From IMG/VR virus record IMGVR_UViG_3300023179_000012: a stretch of 64,000 nucleotides of DNA; one strand, written 5' to 3'. The notes beneath the pieces are model-generated. The model made no database searches and was not told the DNA's origin. It was given only the letters and a program-made list of their open reading frames with translations. Position 1 is the first letter of the stretch. Every line of letters begins with the position of its first letter. Positions 43,178-51,605 of the stretch are shown here, in pieces. This DNA comes from a virus. The position numbers were made by a program, and so were the translations under genes.

Positions 43178-43584
43178 GATAGATATCCTTGGTCTTTAAA
43201 GTAACCCAGAGTTGTTATAAGATATGGCACAAGATTCTTGTTTCTATAAAGATTCAAGATCTCATCATAACTAGCCCAAAAGTATTCACTATGCTCATAG
43301 TTTAGAATAACATTTGGATTAAAGATTCTAGAAGCAAAAACAACCTTGCTACTGTTGTTCTTGTAACTAATAGTACAGGATACCAAACTGTCTAATAGTA
43401 ATCCTGTTTCTTCTAGCGTTTCTCTCCGCACAGTTTGCTCTAGACTTTCATCACCATCTTTTCCACCACCCGGTAAACAATATTTATTTGGTTGCCAAGG
43501 TGCTGTGCTTCCCCGCTTTAGTAACAATACTTTATTATTGTGAAAGATTCCAATAGTTGCTGATCTTTGAGTTTTAACTATCAT
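43174..43584 (-). CDS. NUDIX hydrolase
   Basis: LPGGGKDGDESLEQTVRRETLEETGL Nudix box. Confidence 0.9.
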   Translation of the reverse strand: MIVKTQRSATIGIFHNNKVLLLKRGSTAPWQPNKYCLPGGGKDGDESLEQTVRRETLEETGLLLDSLVSCTISYKNNSSKVVFASRIFNPNVILNYEHSEYFWASYDEILNLYRNKNLVPYLITTLGYFKDQGYLS

Positions 43585-44116
43585 ATTAAAATTCCTTATT
43601 GGGTGGAAAATCTTTTACCGAATACAATTCCACAGTCTCATTATAATCAAGACCCAAATATTGACTTAATTCAGTATCCACAAGAGAGTCCCAATATTCT
43701 TTAGGATCAGTACCATGTTCACTATTATAAGTAATCTTAAGTGTCACATAGGATGTTTTTAGCATTATTCAAACTCCTTGATTGATAGAATGTTTTCAGA
43801 ACCAAAGTCACCGAAGAATTCAGGATCAGTATATAGTTTATCATTTAAATATTCTGGAATATGACTATCCTTAATATCATCATCAATAACCAATTCCATA
43901 TTAATAGTAATAACCTTCATTCTTCTCCCCTTTGAATTCTATCAAGATAAATATTTGCCGTTCTAATATAAGCCTTAAGACTCTCAAGATACTGCTGATT
44001 ATTAGTATCCTGATAGAATCTCACTTGATCACCAATCTTATTGGCCACATAAAGAAGAGCCTCACTATTATTCATAGAATTTTTCCTTTCTGCAAAATCA
44101 CAAAGACCTTGGTTTT

Positions 44117-44165
44117 TCGCTGACTATCACTAAGACCGCCAAATCCGCAGGATTGAGTAAGACTT
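44117..44165 (+). repeat. repeat family 2
   Basis: TCGCTGACTA...AAATCC-GCA-GGATTGAGTAAGACT. Confidence 0.85.
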
Positions 44166-44223
44166 ATATTAGATTTGAAAAATAGAAATACAGATTATAA
44201 TCCTATTATTCTATTATTATTCC

Positions 44224-44248
44224 TAAGTCCTTTAGCATCAACCACTTA
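44224..44248. repeat. solitary 25-bp palindrome of the 78-bp element family
   Basis: TAAGTCCTT-TAGCATC-AACCACTTA. Confidence 0.75.
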
Positions 44249-44316
44249 CGTTTCATTGTATCGTCTACTAGGTCGCTTGTCCATCACCATTTTTAAGAAT
44301 CTTCGACAAAGTTTCG

Positions 44317-44394
44317 TAACCCATTGTGGATATTGGACTTACGACAAAATTTCGCCGCCGGGTTTGTCATAAGTCCTTGTCTGACAAGCACTTA
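44317..44394. repeat. 78-bp element E1
   Basis: TAACCCATT-N7-TTGGACTTA / 28 bp / TAAGTCCTT-N7-AAGCACTTA. Confidence 0.85.
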
Positions 44395-44411
44395 CAACAA
44401 ATGGCGTGAGG

Positions 44412-44458
44412 GTGGAAACCGCCGTAGGTTATTCCCTCTTTCCCTACGGCGGCTCCAC
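44412..44458 (-). terminator. strong hairpin downstream of DUF932 gene
   Basis: CCGCCGTAGG/CCTACGGCGG stem extended by GTGGA/TCCAC; weak U-tract. Confidence 0.55.
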
Positions 44459-44476
44459 TATCTCCACGAAAGAGCA

Positions 44477-45421
44477 TCAGATTGCGTTGGCAAACTCTAG
44501 AGCAGATTCCAACGCCTTATTATTATCATTGGCATTTTGACCGAACCACAAACTATCAAGGCGATTATCAGTGGTGCGACCCTTACCATAGTTCAGATAT
44601 TCATTGAACCCGTTATAGGCGGCCCACCAAGTACCGCGAACATTAGCCGCAGTCTGTTTCGGGCCTTCGATACGAGCCAGAATATCATCCATAATATTAC
44701 GGGTACGAGTCTTAATATCCTCGTCAGCACCCTTAATATTCAGGACAACCTTAACATACTTCTCAATATCCTTCTGGTTGAAACTCTTGCTAGCAAGGAA
44801 CCGATACTGTTCCGCAGTAGCCTCAAAACCAGCGTTAATATTATCCATAATATCGCGGACTTGTTCCAGATTCTTCTGGCTGGAGCGAGTGTGGCGAATA
44901 CGGATCAGTTTGCTATCATTATGCTTGTGAGCATACGACAGCGTGTTCACGCAGACCACGCGAATCGGAGTGTATCCGACACGAATAGCCGTTGTACCGT
45001 CGTGACTATTACTCAGCAGGATAAACTTGCTAACCTCATCACCCGGAACAATCTCGCTATTATCTCGGTTGAGTTGAGCAAGCACCCAGACCTTTTGACC
45101 GAGATGCAGCGATCCGGCAGTATGGATCGAACACTCGTTAGCGTCGAGGAAAGGCTGGAACCAATCAAACGCATCCTTATTCTGGAGCGGAGTATAACGA
45201 GGGCCGACAACGCCAAGGATGCTGCCATCGCTCTTGCGATAGGTCGCACGATGGTTCACAGGCGTACCGTCAACGGTCTGCAAATCCTTCAGACCTACTT
45301 CCCAATCCAGACCAGCAGCGACGATAGCATCATTCACATTGATACCCTCGTCAACGCTATTGCCAAGGCCATGCCAAGGCGTCTCACCAACAAACATCAT
45401 CTTTTCAACAGCAGCAGGCAT
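44477..45421 (-). CDS. DUF932-family phage/plasmid protein (TIGR03299-like)
   Basis: TPWHGLG, AAGLDWEV, YTPLQN, NSHDGTT, TPIRVVCVNTL, GTWWAAYN. Confidence 0.9.
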   Translation of the reverse strand: MPAAVEKMMFVGETPWHGLGNSVDEGINVNDAIVAAGLDWEVGLKDLQTVDGTPVNHRATYRKSDGSILGVVGPRYTPLQNKDAFDWFQPFLDANECSIHTAGSLHLGQKVWVLAQLNRDNSEIVPGDEVSKFILLSNSHDGTTAIRVGYTPIRVVCVNTLSYAHKHNDSKLIRIRHTRSSQKNLEQVRDIMDNINAGFEATAEQYRFLASKSFNQKDIEKYVKVVLNIKGADEDIKTRTRNIMDDILARIEGPKQTAANVRGTWWAAYNGFNEYLNYGKGRTTDNRLDSLWFGQNANDNNKALESALEFANAI

Positions 45422-45523
45422 AACTAACTCCTTCGTGTTTAACTTCTTCGTTCCGATGCACTGATTCTACCATCTAGTATCGTCTAGTCAAGCGGCAAAA
45501 CTTGTGAAAAAATTTTTTTGTTC

Positions 45524-45601
45524 TAAGTCATTGATTGGCAAGTACTTACGCTTCGGCCGCCGCCACCAACTGGACGTAAGTCCTTTAGTGATCTAGGTTT
45601 A
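45524..45601. repeat. 78-bp element E2
   Basis: TAAGTCATT-GATTGGC-AAGTACTTA / 28 / TAAGTCCTT-N7-CTAGGTTTA; contains perfect IHF consensus AATCAATGACTTA. Confidence 0.9.
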
Positions 45602-46088
45602 GGAGCGGAACCCCGAGATCACGCTTGCAGAGTTTAGAACCATCCTCATCATTACGATAAGCACATTCGTTAGGCAGATAGCAATACACACCAACACAAT
45701 GAGAACACGAGTATTCATCCTTGATTACTTTTTTAATATGTTTTACGGTTCCACCAGAACAGATTAAATCGTCTAATATAATATATTGAAAAGGGGCCAC
45801 TCCCTCGGTACGAAACTCTGAATAGCATTGTTCCCCCTTTCTTACCACAACAATATTCTTGTTGAGTAACTCTGCGATTTGTGGAACCACCATCAATCCA
45901 CTTACACCGCAGCAGGCAATACTATCAAAGTCTTTGGCAATCTTTCGCAGATCACACACGGCCTTAATAATAATCTTATTTCTAGCCTTATGATTTAAAA
46001 CGTGACAGGTATGGCTAGCACCCTGAATATATTTTCCTTCTGTAGTTTTACGAACATCCTCAATCTGATTATTCAAAATATTGGTCAT
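45585..46088 (-). CDS. type I phosphoribosyltransferase
   Basis: PRPP-binding loop YIILDDLICSGGTV; VVVRK. Confidence 0.85.
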   Translation of the reverse strand: MTNILNNQIEDVRKTTEGKYIQGASHTCHVLNHKARNKIIIKAVCDLRKIAKDFDSIACCGVSGLMVVPQIAELLNKNIVVVRKGEQCYSEFRTEGVAPFQYIILDDLICSGGTVKHIKKVIKDEYSCSHCVGVYCYLPNECAYRNDEDGSKLCKRDLGVPLLNLDH

Positions 46089-46093
46089 AAAAA

Positions 46094-46184
46094 CGATGGA
46101 CGGCCGGATTCGAACCGACTAAGAAAGGAAAGATAAAGCGATATGCTTATAATAGAATACTTGTCCCACCAAGTTGCATCCATC
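46094..46184 (-). ncRNA. tRNA-like RNA lacking a recognisable anticodon arm
   Basis: Acceptor GATGGAT/GTCCATC-G; T-arm GTCGG-TTCGAAT-CCGGC; 39-nt AT-rich centre. Confidence 0.55.
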
Positions 46185-46197
46185 AGACGAGAAAGGG

Positions 46198-46365
46198 CTA
46201 TTCGTTATCTAGTTCATCCACTACATTATGATAATAGTGTTCGTACTCTTTTTCATCCTCAAAATCATCATAATCTGGTTCGTCAGAATAGTCAGCATAA
46301 TCATAGAGTTCTTCTGAATCTTCCACAATACGATCATAATCAAACTCATATTCATTTTCAAACAT
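46198..46365 (-). CDS. small hyper-acidic protein (55 aa, 25 D/E)
   Basis: MFENEYEFDYDRIVED...; AAGGAG RBS; promoter TTGACA-16-TATGAT. Confidence 0.7.
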   Translation of the reverse strand: MFENEYEFDYDRIVEDSEELYDYADYSDEPDYDDFEDEKEYEHYYHNVVDELDNE

Positions 46366-46416
46366 AGCCACTTTCTCCTTTTCCACTATCATACACCAAC
46401 GAACACGATTGTCAAG

Positions 46417-46487
46417 TAGGGGCCGAAGGTAACGCTCCTTCTTCAATAGATTAAAAGTCTATTGCATCACTTTAATGCTTGACCCCC
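46417..46487 (-). tRNA. tRNA-Lys(TTT), atypical T-loop
   Basis: Anticodon arm ATAGA-CTTTTAA-TCTAT; T-loop AGCGTTA; A at position 8. Confidence 0.75.
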
Positions 46488-46546
46488 GCGAGGAAATCCA
46501 TTATACCAAGTATTATCGGTTTGTCAAGACCAAAAACTTGAATCTT

Positions 46547-46584
46547 TCGCTGACTATCGCCAAGACTGCAAATCCGAAGGATAG
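46547..46584 (+). repeat. repeat family 2
   Basis: TCGCTGACTA...AAATCC-GAA-GGATAGG. Confidence 0.85.
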
Positions 46585-46591
46585 GGTAAAA

Positions 46592-46662
46592 CAAAGGCGG
46601 AGGGAATCGAACCCTCATCTACGGTTTTGGAGACCGTCATTCTACCGTTGAACTACGCCAAT
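46592..46662 (-). tRNA. tRNA-Trp(CCA), two acceptor-stem mismatches
   Basis: ACGGT-CTCCAAA-ACCGT; acceptor ATTGGCG/CGCCTTT. Confidence 0.75.
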
Positions 46663-46743
46663 GTTCGTAACTCAGACCGTCAGCCTCCGGTTTGCTATCA
46701 TACTCTATTATCGACAAGAAGCAAGTGAATTCTTTAGTTTTTC

Positions 46744-46821
46744 TAAGTCTAATCGTACCAAGCACTTATAACTATATCGCGCCGCCATATTTTACCTAAG
46801 TCCTTTATCTATAAGCGGATA
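46744..46821. repeat. 78-bp element E3
   Basis: TAAGTCTAA-N7-AAGCACTTA / 28 / TAAGTCCTT-N7-AAGCGGATA; right edge overlaps tRNA-Gly 3' end. Confidence 0.85.
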
Positions 46822-46884
46822 GAGAGAATCGAACTCTCGTCAACTGATTGGAAATCAGTGGCTCTACCATTGAGCTACATCCGC
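46814..46884 (-). tRNA. tRNA-Gly(TCC)
   Basis: ACTGA-TTTCCAA-TCAGT; acceptor GCGGATG/TATCCGC-T. Confidence 0.9.
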
Positions 46885-46887
46885 AAA

Positions 46888-46974
46888 CGGAATCTGAGGG
46901 ATTCGAACCCCCGGAGGATTTTAACCCTCGGCGGTTTAGTAAACCGCTGCCTTAAACCACTCGGCCAAGATTCC
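46888..46974 (-). tRNA. tRNA-Ser(ACT)
   Basis: GCGGT-TTACTAA-ACCGC; long variable arm; G discriminator. Confidence 0.85.
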
Positions 46975-46977
46975 AAA

Positions 46978-47049
46978 CTGGCTCGGTAGGACTCGAACCT
47001 ACAACCGGGCGGTTAACAGCCGCCAGCTCGACCATTGAGCTACGAGCCA
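46978..47049 (-). tRNA. tRNA-Asn(GTT)
   Basis: GGCGG-CTGTTAA-CCGCC. Confidence 0.92.
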
Positions 47050-47052
47050 ATA

Positions 47053-47123
47053 TTCCGGGACTACGATTTGAACGTAGAATAAAGGATCCAAAGTCCTCTG
47101 TGATACCGTTTCACCATCCCGGA
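47053..47123 (-). tRNA. tRNA-Gln(TTG)
   Basis: AGGA-CTTTGGA-TCCT; acceptor TCCGGGA/TCCCGGA. Confidence 0.88.
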
Positions 47124-47124
47124 G

Positions 47125-47196
47125 AGCCGACAGAGGGAATCGAACCCCCGACAGGTTGTTTACAAAACAACTACTCTACCACTGAGTTACGTCGGC
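47125..47196 (-). tRNA. tRNA-Thr(TGT)
   Basis: GTTGT-TTTGTAA-ACAAC. Confidence 0.92.
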
Positions 47197-47198
47197 AA

Positions 47199-47399
47199 TC
47201 ATTCATTCATCCCTTTAAGGATTCCAACAATAACAGCCACTCCAAATAAAATACCCAAACCACCAGCACTAAAACACGCTGATACAATCATAAATCCAAG
47301 AACTATCATTACTAAAGTGCCACAACCATTATTATCTGATGGTGGTAATCGTCTGGCATCTCTACCAGCGTCTCGCCAAAGTCCATACGGGAAATACAT
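47199..47399 (-). CDS. small membrane protein
   Basis: Two hydrophobic segments. Confidence 0.55.
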   Translation of the reverse strand: MYFPYGLWRDAGRDARRLPPSDNNGCGTLVMIVLGFMIVSACFSAGGLGILFGVAVIVGILKGMNE

Positions 47400-47867
47400 A
47401 TTTCACCTAAATATCATACTCGTTACGCCATAGTTTGTCAATAGCGTTTCGTGTACGGAGCCGCTTGGGCCTGTTGTCCATAGTTGTATCTCGGTATTCC
47501 TTGTGTCCCGTAGGCACTTCCCACGGTTTCTTGACCTTGATTTTGATAACTTTGCGGCGTCGTGGAATATCGTCGTTGTTCTGGAGCGTAATCATGCCAT
47601 TGTCCGTTTTCGTGAAGATAAAATACTTTGTCTACATTAGGATCGTAAGCCATTAAACAATATTGTATAGGATGCTTTACTGGCGTCAAATGCTTTTGTA
47701 TTATGGGTATTTTGATATCACCCTTTTGATAATCCTTTAATCCAGTATACGCTAGCCCTAAGACAGCAACCACTACGCCAATCCATTGTATCATACCATT
47801 TCCTTTTGTCAATCGTCGCTTCATAGATAGTTTATCGACCACGACGAGAAAAAACTTTAATCGTTCC

Positions 47868-47945
47868 TAAGTCATTGATTTGCAAGTACTTAGGATTAGA
47901 TGGCCGGGCCGCCCTTGTCCTAAGTCGTTTAGGATCAAGGGGTTA
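47868..47945. repeat. 78-bp element E4
   Basis: TAAGTCATT-GATTTGC-AAGTACTTA / 28 / TAAGTCGTT-N7-AAGGGGTTA; perfect IHF consensus. Confidence 0.9.
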
Positions 47946-47948
47946 CGA

Positions 47949-48191
47949 TTATTCATTATCGTCGCGGCTTAGTTCCCATCCTGCGGCTCTCACAATACTT
48001 TTTGTAGAGATTACATTAGTTTTAGAATCAGCACTAATATAGTCTCTATATCCACGTTCATCAGCATAAAAATATTCATCAATAATATCAAACTTATTAG
48101 TCATTAGCAGTCCCGTGATACTAGCCTCAAGAGCATCCTTACGACTAATAACAACTTCAAGAGTATTACTCTTTACATAAAACTTAGGCAT
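47949..48191 (-). CDS. hypothetical protein
   Basis: GGAG RBS; 80 aa. Confidence 0.6.
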   Translation of the reverse strand: MPKFYVKSNTLEVVISRKDALEASITGLLMTNKFDIIDEYFYADERGYRDYISADSKTNVISTKSIVRAAGWELSRDDNE

Positions 48192-48365
48192 GGTTCATCT
48201 CCGTTCCCAAATACTTCATATCCTCATCACAATCCGCACAAACCGGCGTACCAGTATCTTGATACCACCACGGCGTTACATTGATTTCATCCTCACAAGA
48301 AACACAACGCCAAACGTGACGGATTTTAGTATCATCAATAACTTGCCAGATTTCCATGATAACTC

Positions 48366-49070
48366 CTAGTGGGCAGGAAAGAGAACATTAGCCAGACCGC
48401 GAACACACAAGTCACACGATATACTATCCTTCGTGCCAGTGCAAGTAATAACAGACCGACCACGACGAATCTCGGGACAAGTTACAAACTTTGTGCCGTT
48501 CAGCACAACCAGTTTCGGCAAAGATTTACGCCAAGCCTCGGCCTTGATTTTGCTCTTGGGTCGCTTGGGTGCAATCTTCATATCGCTATCACACCATGCA
48601 AACTTTTTGAAACCTTGTGCAAGAGCCTCACCCATATCATTATCATCATGCACACTAGCATATACATTCATATACTTTTCCAGACTAACAAGCCGGGAAT
48701 CGTAGATATGAGTATAAAACCACATATCGGGCAGCGTGTCACCATCGGCAAGAATACTCTCACACGCCCACGTTACATTAGCAACATAGTCTAGGTCAAG
48801 TTCGCCATTGAGAAACCAGTCGCCACGCTCATGCCAGCGAATAGACTTTTTACGCTTTTTGGCGTCCAGAATCATAGCACGGATTTTGTTTTTCTCCGTG
48901 ACTACGTTAGCAAAACCAGCAACGCGAGCATTTTTATACTGATTCTCGGTAGCCTCGGCATAGCATCCATTATTGAGATAGTCACAGTCTGGAGGGCAAG
49001 TATCGCCAACCGGACGCGAAACCACAATGCAACCCTTACCCAACTTATCGTTACCGTCTGCTGTTTTCAT
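48366..49070 (-). CDS. Gp88-like phage protein
   Basis: TCPPDC...GCYA, IRWHERGD, WFYTH, FVTCPE, CDLC. Confidence 0.65.
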   Translation of the reverse strand: MKTADGNDKLGKGCIVVSRPVGDTCPPDCDYLNNGCYAEATENQYKNARVAGFANVVTEKNKIRAMILDAKKRKKSIRWHERGDWFLNGELDLDYVANVTWACESILADGDTLPDMWFYTHIYDSRLVSLEKYMNVYASVHDDNDMGEALAQGFKKFAWCDSDMKIAPKRPKSKIKAEAWRKSLPKLVVLNGTKFVTCPEIRRGRSVITCTGTKDSISCDLCVRGLANVLFPAH

Positions 49071-49152
49071 GGCTTTCTCCCTTGGTCTACCGATTCTACA
49101 TTATAGTATCGGCACGGTCAAGCGAAAAACTGTGATAAAAATATTTTTGTTG

Positions 49153-49230
49153 TAAATCCTTGTGGCATCAGCACTTAGAGCAAAACCGGCCCTCCGAATT
49201 CGTCATAAGTCCTTATGCTTCAATAACTTA
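49153..49230. repeat. 78-bp element E5
   Basis: TAAATCCTT-N7-CAGCACTTA / 28 / TAAGTCCTT-N7-AATAACTTA; ends 2 bp from tRNA-Asp 3' end. Confidence 0.9.
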
Positions 49231-49231
49231 G

Positions 49232-49305
49232 CGAGAGCGACGGGACTCGAACCCGCAACCTCTAGCGTGACAGGCTAGCGATCTAACCGATTGATCTACG
49301 CTCCC
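49232..49305 (-). tRNA. tRNA-Asp(GTC)
   Basis: CTAGC-CTGTCAC-GCTAG. Confidence 0.93.
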
Positions 49306-49676
49306 GAATTATAAATTATGATACCAGCATGTATTTCACTATGACAATTTTTACATACTAATATACATTTATCTAATTCTTTTTTTATTTTAGTTTCATT
49401 TTTAGAGAATGACGTATTCTTTATCTTACTTATATTAAAATCTTTTTTAGATGGATGAATATGATGAAAATCTAAAGATCCAATATATTTATTATATCCA
49501 CATATAATACAAGAACTACCCTTATATTCAACACATTTTGCCTTAAAGGCTCTCTGTCGATCTAGAGTATTCTGATGATTACACTTCCTACAATAACTTT
49601 GTATTTTCCCCTTACGATTACCAGATTTTACCTTATATGGTTTCTTTTCTATTTGACCACATTTTACGCATTTCAT
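49296..49676 (-). CDS. HNH endonuclease between two tRNA genes
   Basis: CIICGY...LDFHH...ELDKCILVCKNCHSEIH; much lower GC than flanks (by eye). Confidence 0.88.
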   Translation of the reverse strand: MKCVKCGQIEKKPYKVKSGNRKGKIQSYCRKCNHQNTLDRQRAFKAKCVEYKGSSCIICGYNKYIGSLDFHHIHPSKKDFNISKIKNTSFSKNETKIKKELDKCILVCKNCHSEIHAGIIIYNSGA

Positions 49677-49729
49677 ATTTTACCTCATGGATAGAATCTA
49701 AATATCTATCCATATTATACACCAATAAA

Positions 49730-49802
49730 TACTGCCGGAAGGATTTGCACCCTCGTGAGTCAACTTAGAAGGTTGATGCCTAATCTACTCGGCCACGGCA
49801 GC
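49730..49802 (-). tRNA. tRNA-Arg(TCT)
   Basis: TCAAC-CTTCTAA-GTTGA; T-loop TGCAAAT. Confidence 0.85.
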
Positions 49803-49866
49803 ATAAAACCGATAGCCGCCAGTTATTCACCAGCGGTCTATCGGATATTATAACATTATATTATGC

Positions 49867-50121
49867 TCAGGCAACAGCCTCGGCTTCCGATTCAACCTTG
49901 CCATTATGAGCATCCCCAGCCTGCTTCGCAGTCACACCAGTGACCCTAGCACGCCATACCTTATAACCCTGCTCGCTAAAAGCCTTGACTTCTCCAGCCT
50001 TGACGTTAGCATGAACGTCGCTGGGCAGAGCATCGGTCAGACAGGTGGAGATCGAATCCACCACAACCTCACGGTCAAGATCATCGGCAACAATATCAAC
50101 AACAAAAGAAAACTTCTTCAT
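49867..50121 (-). CDS. hypothetical protein
   Basis: Likely start MKKFSFVVDIV with GGAAAGG RBS. Confidence 0.6.
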   Translation of the reverse strand: MKKFSFVVDIVADDLDREVVVDSISTCLTDALPSDVHANVKAGEVKAFSEQGYKVWRARVTGVTAKQAGDAHNGKVESEAEAVA

Positions 50122-50314
50122 GGTAAAACCTTTCCAAGTAATAGTAGTAAACCCAACAAACACATTATACAAGAACCACAATCGCTTGTCAAGTTGCCAA
50201 TCCGAACTTTCTTAGTGTTGGGATCGGTTGGTCGCTTGTCTTGCGATGCTATCAGTATACCATTGTTATCGTCATTGTCAACAGCGGCTCGTGAATGTTT
50301 TTTTGCTTTTTTCC

Positions 50315-50392
50315 TAAATCATTGAACCATAAGCACTTACGTCAAAATCCCGCCGCCGTCCTTGCTCTAAGTCCTTTAGTAGCAAGGCTTTA
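50315..50392. repeat. 78-bp element E6
   Basis: TAAATCATT-N7-AAGCACTTA / 28 / TAAGTCCTT-N7-AAGGCTTTA. Confidence 0.9.
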
Positions 50393-50394
50393 AG

Positions 50395-50769
50395 TCAAGA
50401 GAGATAACCCTCACAACCCAAAGAGGTCAGATCACGCAGCAACCCTTCAGCCGCGTCGGGAGTCTTAGCGGTGAGAGTGATGGGATTACCACCACCAATC
50501 AAGAAGCCGCCAGCGTCCCACCGACCCACCATACCATCGGTCCAATCCTTCGATTCCTTGAGTCCCCAGCCGGTGTGCTGTCGAACAGCCTTGATGCAAG
50601 AGATACGGTTGTCCAAATCCATACCCTTGGTGATCGTAACCATTCGACGCTGGTTCACACCCAAGACCATCTCAAAAGCCTGCGTGATACGCTCTCTAAT
50701 ATCCTCCCTAGCATAGAAAGAAAGTTCCATAGCCTCACGAACACTCAGTTGCAGATTGATCATATTCAA
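50395..50769 (-). CDS. protein with ribosomal L7/L12 C-terminal-like domain
   Basis: NRISCIKAVRQHTGWGLKESKDWTD matches L7/L12 KxxxIKxVRxxTGLGLKEAK. Confidence 0.75.
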   Translation of the reverse strand: MNMINLQLSVREAMELSFYAREDIRERITQAFEMVLGVNQRRMVTITKGMDLDNRISCIKAVRQHTGWGLKESKDWTDGMVGRWDAGGFLIGGGNPITLTAKTPDAAEGLLRDLTSLGCEGYLS

Positions 50770-51191
50770 ACCCTTTCTTCCAAAATGTAAACTTGTTTGC
50801 CGTTAGTTAATAGAGTAGCATACTCGCTACCGTCCCAAATGAATTCGTTATTGTCGCTTTCTCGTCGCCAGTGCGGATCACGAAGTGGATTATAAAACAA
50901 CTTCTCAAGATTGTCAACAGGCAGAGCGGGATAAAAATCCTTCCTCAACATAACTTCTTCACATCTTACCCACCCACTAACATCATGCACACCAGCCTCA
51001 AACACCTGTTTAGCCTTATTCGGCCTATTCCACAACTTACAACCCCGCATCTCTAACTGATATTTTTTGGGGTCAACGTAGTATACATCAACTGTTTCCC
51101 CACCCTGCTTAACCTTTATTTGCCAGTGCATATAATGCTGGCCATTACTCAGGTGAAATCGAACTTCGCCATGTAGTTTGTTCTGTTTCAT
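50766..51191 (-). CDS. conserved phage hypothetical protein
   Basis: VRFHLSNGQHYMHWQIK...YNP..DPHW. Confidence 0.6.
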   Translation of the reverse strand: MKQNKLHGEVRFHLSNGQHYMHWQIKVKQGGETVDVYYVDPKKYQLEMRGCKLWNRPNKAKQVFEAGVHDVSGWVRCEEVMLRKDFYPALPVDNLEKLFYNPLRDPHWRRESDNNEFIWDGSEYATLLTNGKQVYILEERV

Positions 51192-51239
51192 GCTTATACT
51201 ATACCTTATCGACCAATCGTTGTCAAGACCTTTAAACTT

Positions 51240-51286
51240 TCGCTGACTACAGCCACTCTAGCCAAATCCGAAGGATTAGGAGAAAC
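51240..51286 (+). repeat. repeat family 2
   Basis: TCGCTGACTA...CCAAATCC-GAA-GGATTAGG. Confidence 0.85.
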
Positions 51287-51368
51287 AAGGCTGGCTTCCG
51301 CCATACTCGACCAGCATTTCAGATAGCCTCTTTTGATATCATTGTGGCTATCCCCAAGCCTTGCTCCC
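51279..51368 (-). ncRNA. candidate structured small RNA (3-way junction)
   Basis: Own promoter at 51371-51399; stems GCAAGG/CCTTGT, GATAGCC/GGCTATC, GCTGG/CCAGC; no ORF. Confidence 0.55.
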
Positions 51369-51419
51369 TAAGTCTACCAGTATTATCGGCGTTTGTCAAA
51401 TGGATTCTTTAAAAAATCC

Positions 51420-51497
51420 TAAGTCGTTACTGGATAAGCACTTAGATCAAATTCGCGGCCGCGGCCTCGTCGTAAGTCCTTTAATACCAATCACTTA
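51420..51497. repeat. 78-bp element E7
   Basis: TAAGTCGTT-N7-AAGCACTTA / 28 / TAAGTCCTT-N7-AATCACTTA. Confidence 0.9.
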
Positions 51498-51605
51498 GGT
51501 GCCACCAACCACAAGTACCACACCAGTACCACCACACACCATACTTATCTAGCCTATATGCCATATCATTGTTTTCACCACACACACAAATATCACTAAG
51601 AGTTT

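Noticed and set aside
44537-45427. 296-aa plus-strand ORF and other long plus-strand ORFs (e.g. 4607-5026, 48369-48794, 57239-57637)
   Set aside because: Antisense shadows of well-supported minus-strand genes; no RBS or recognisable motifs.
49809-49841. Hairpin CCGATAG-CCGC...GCGG-T-CTATCGG upstream of tRNA-Arg as a separate ncRNA
   Set aside because: A single stem-loop between a gene end and a tRNA is adequately explained as a terminator or processing signal.
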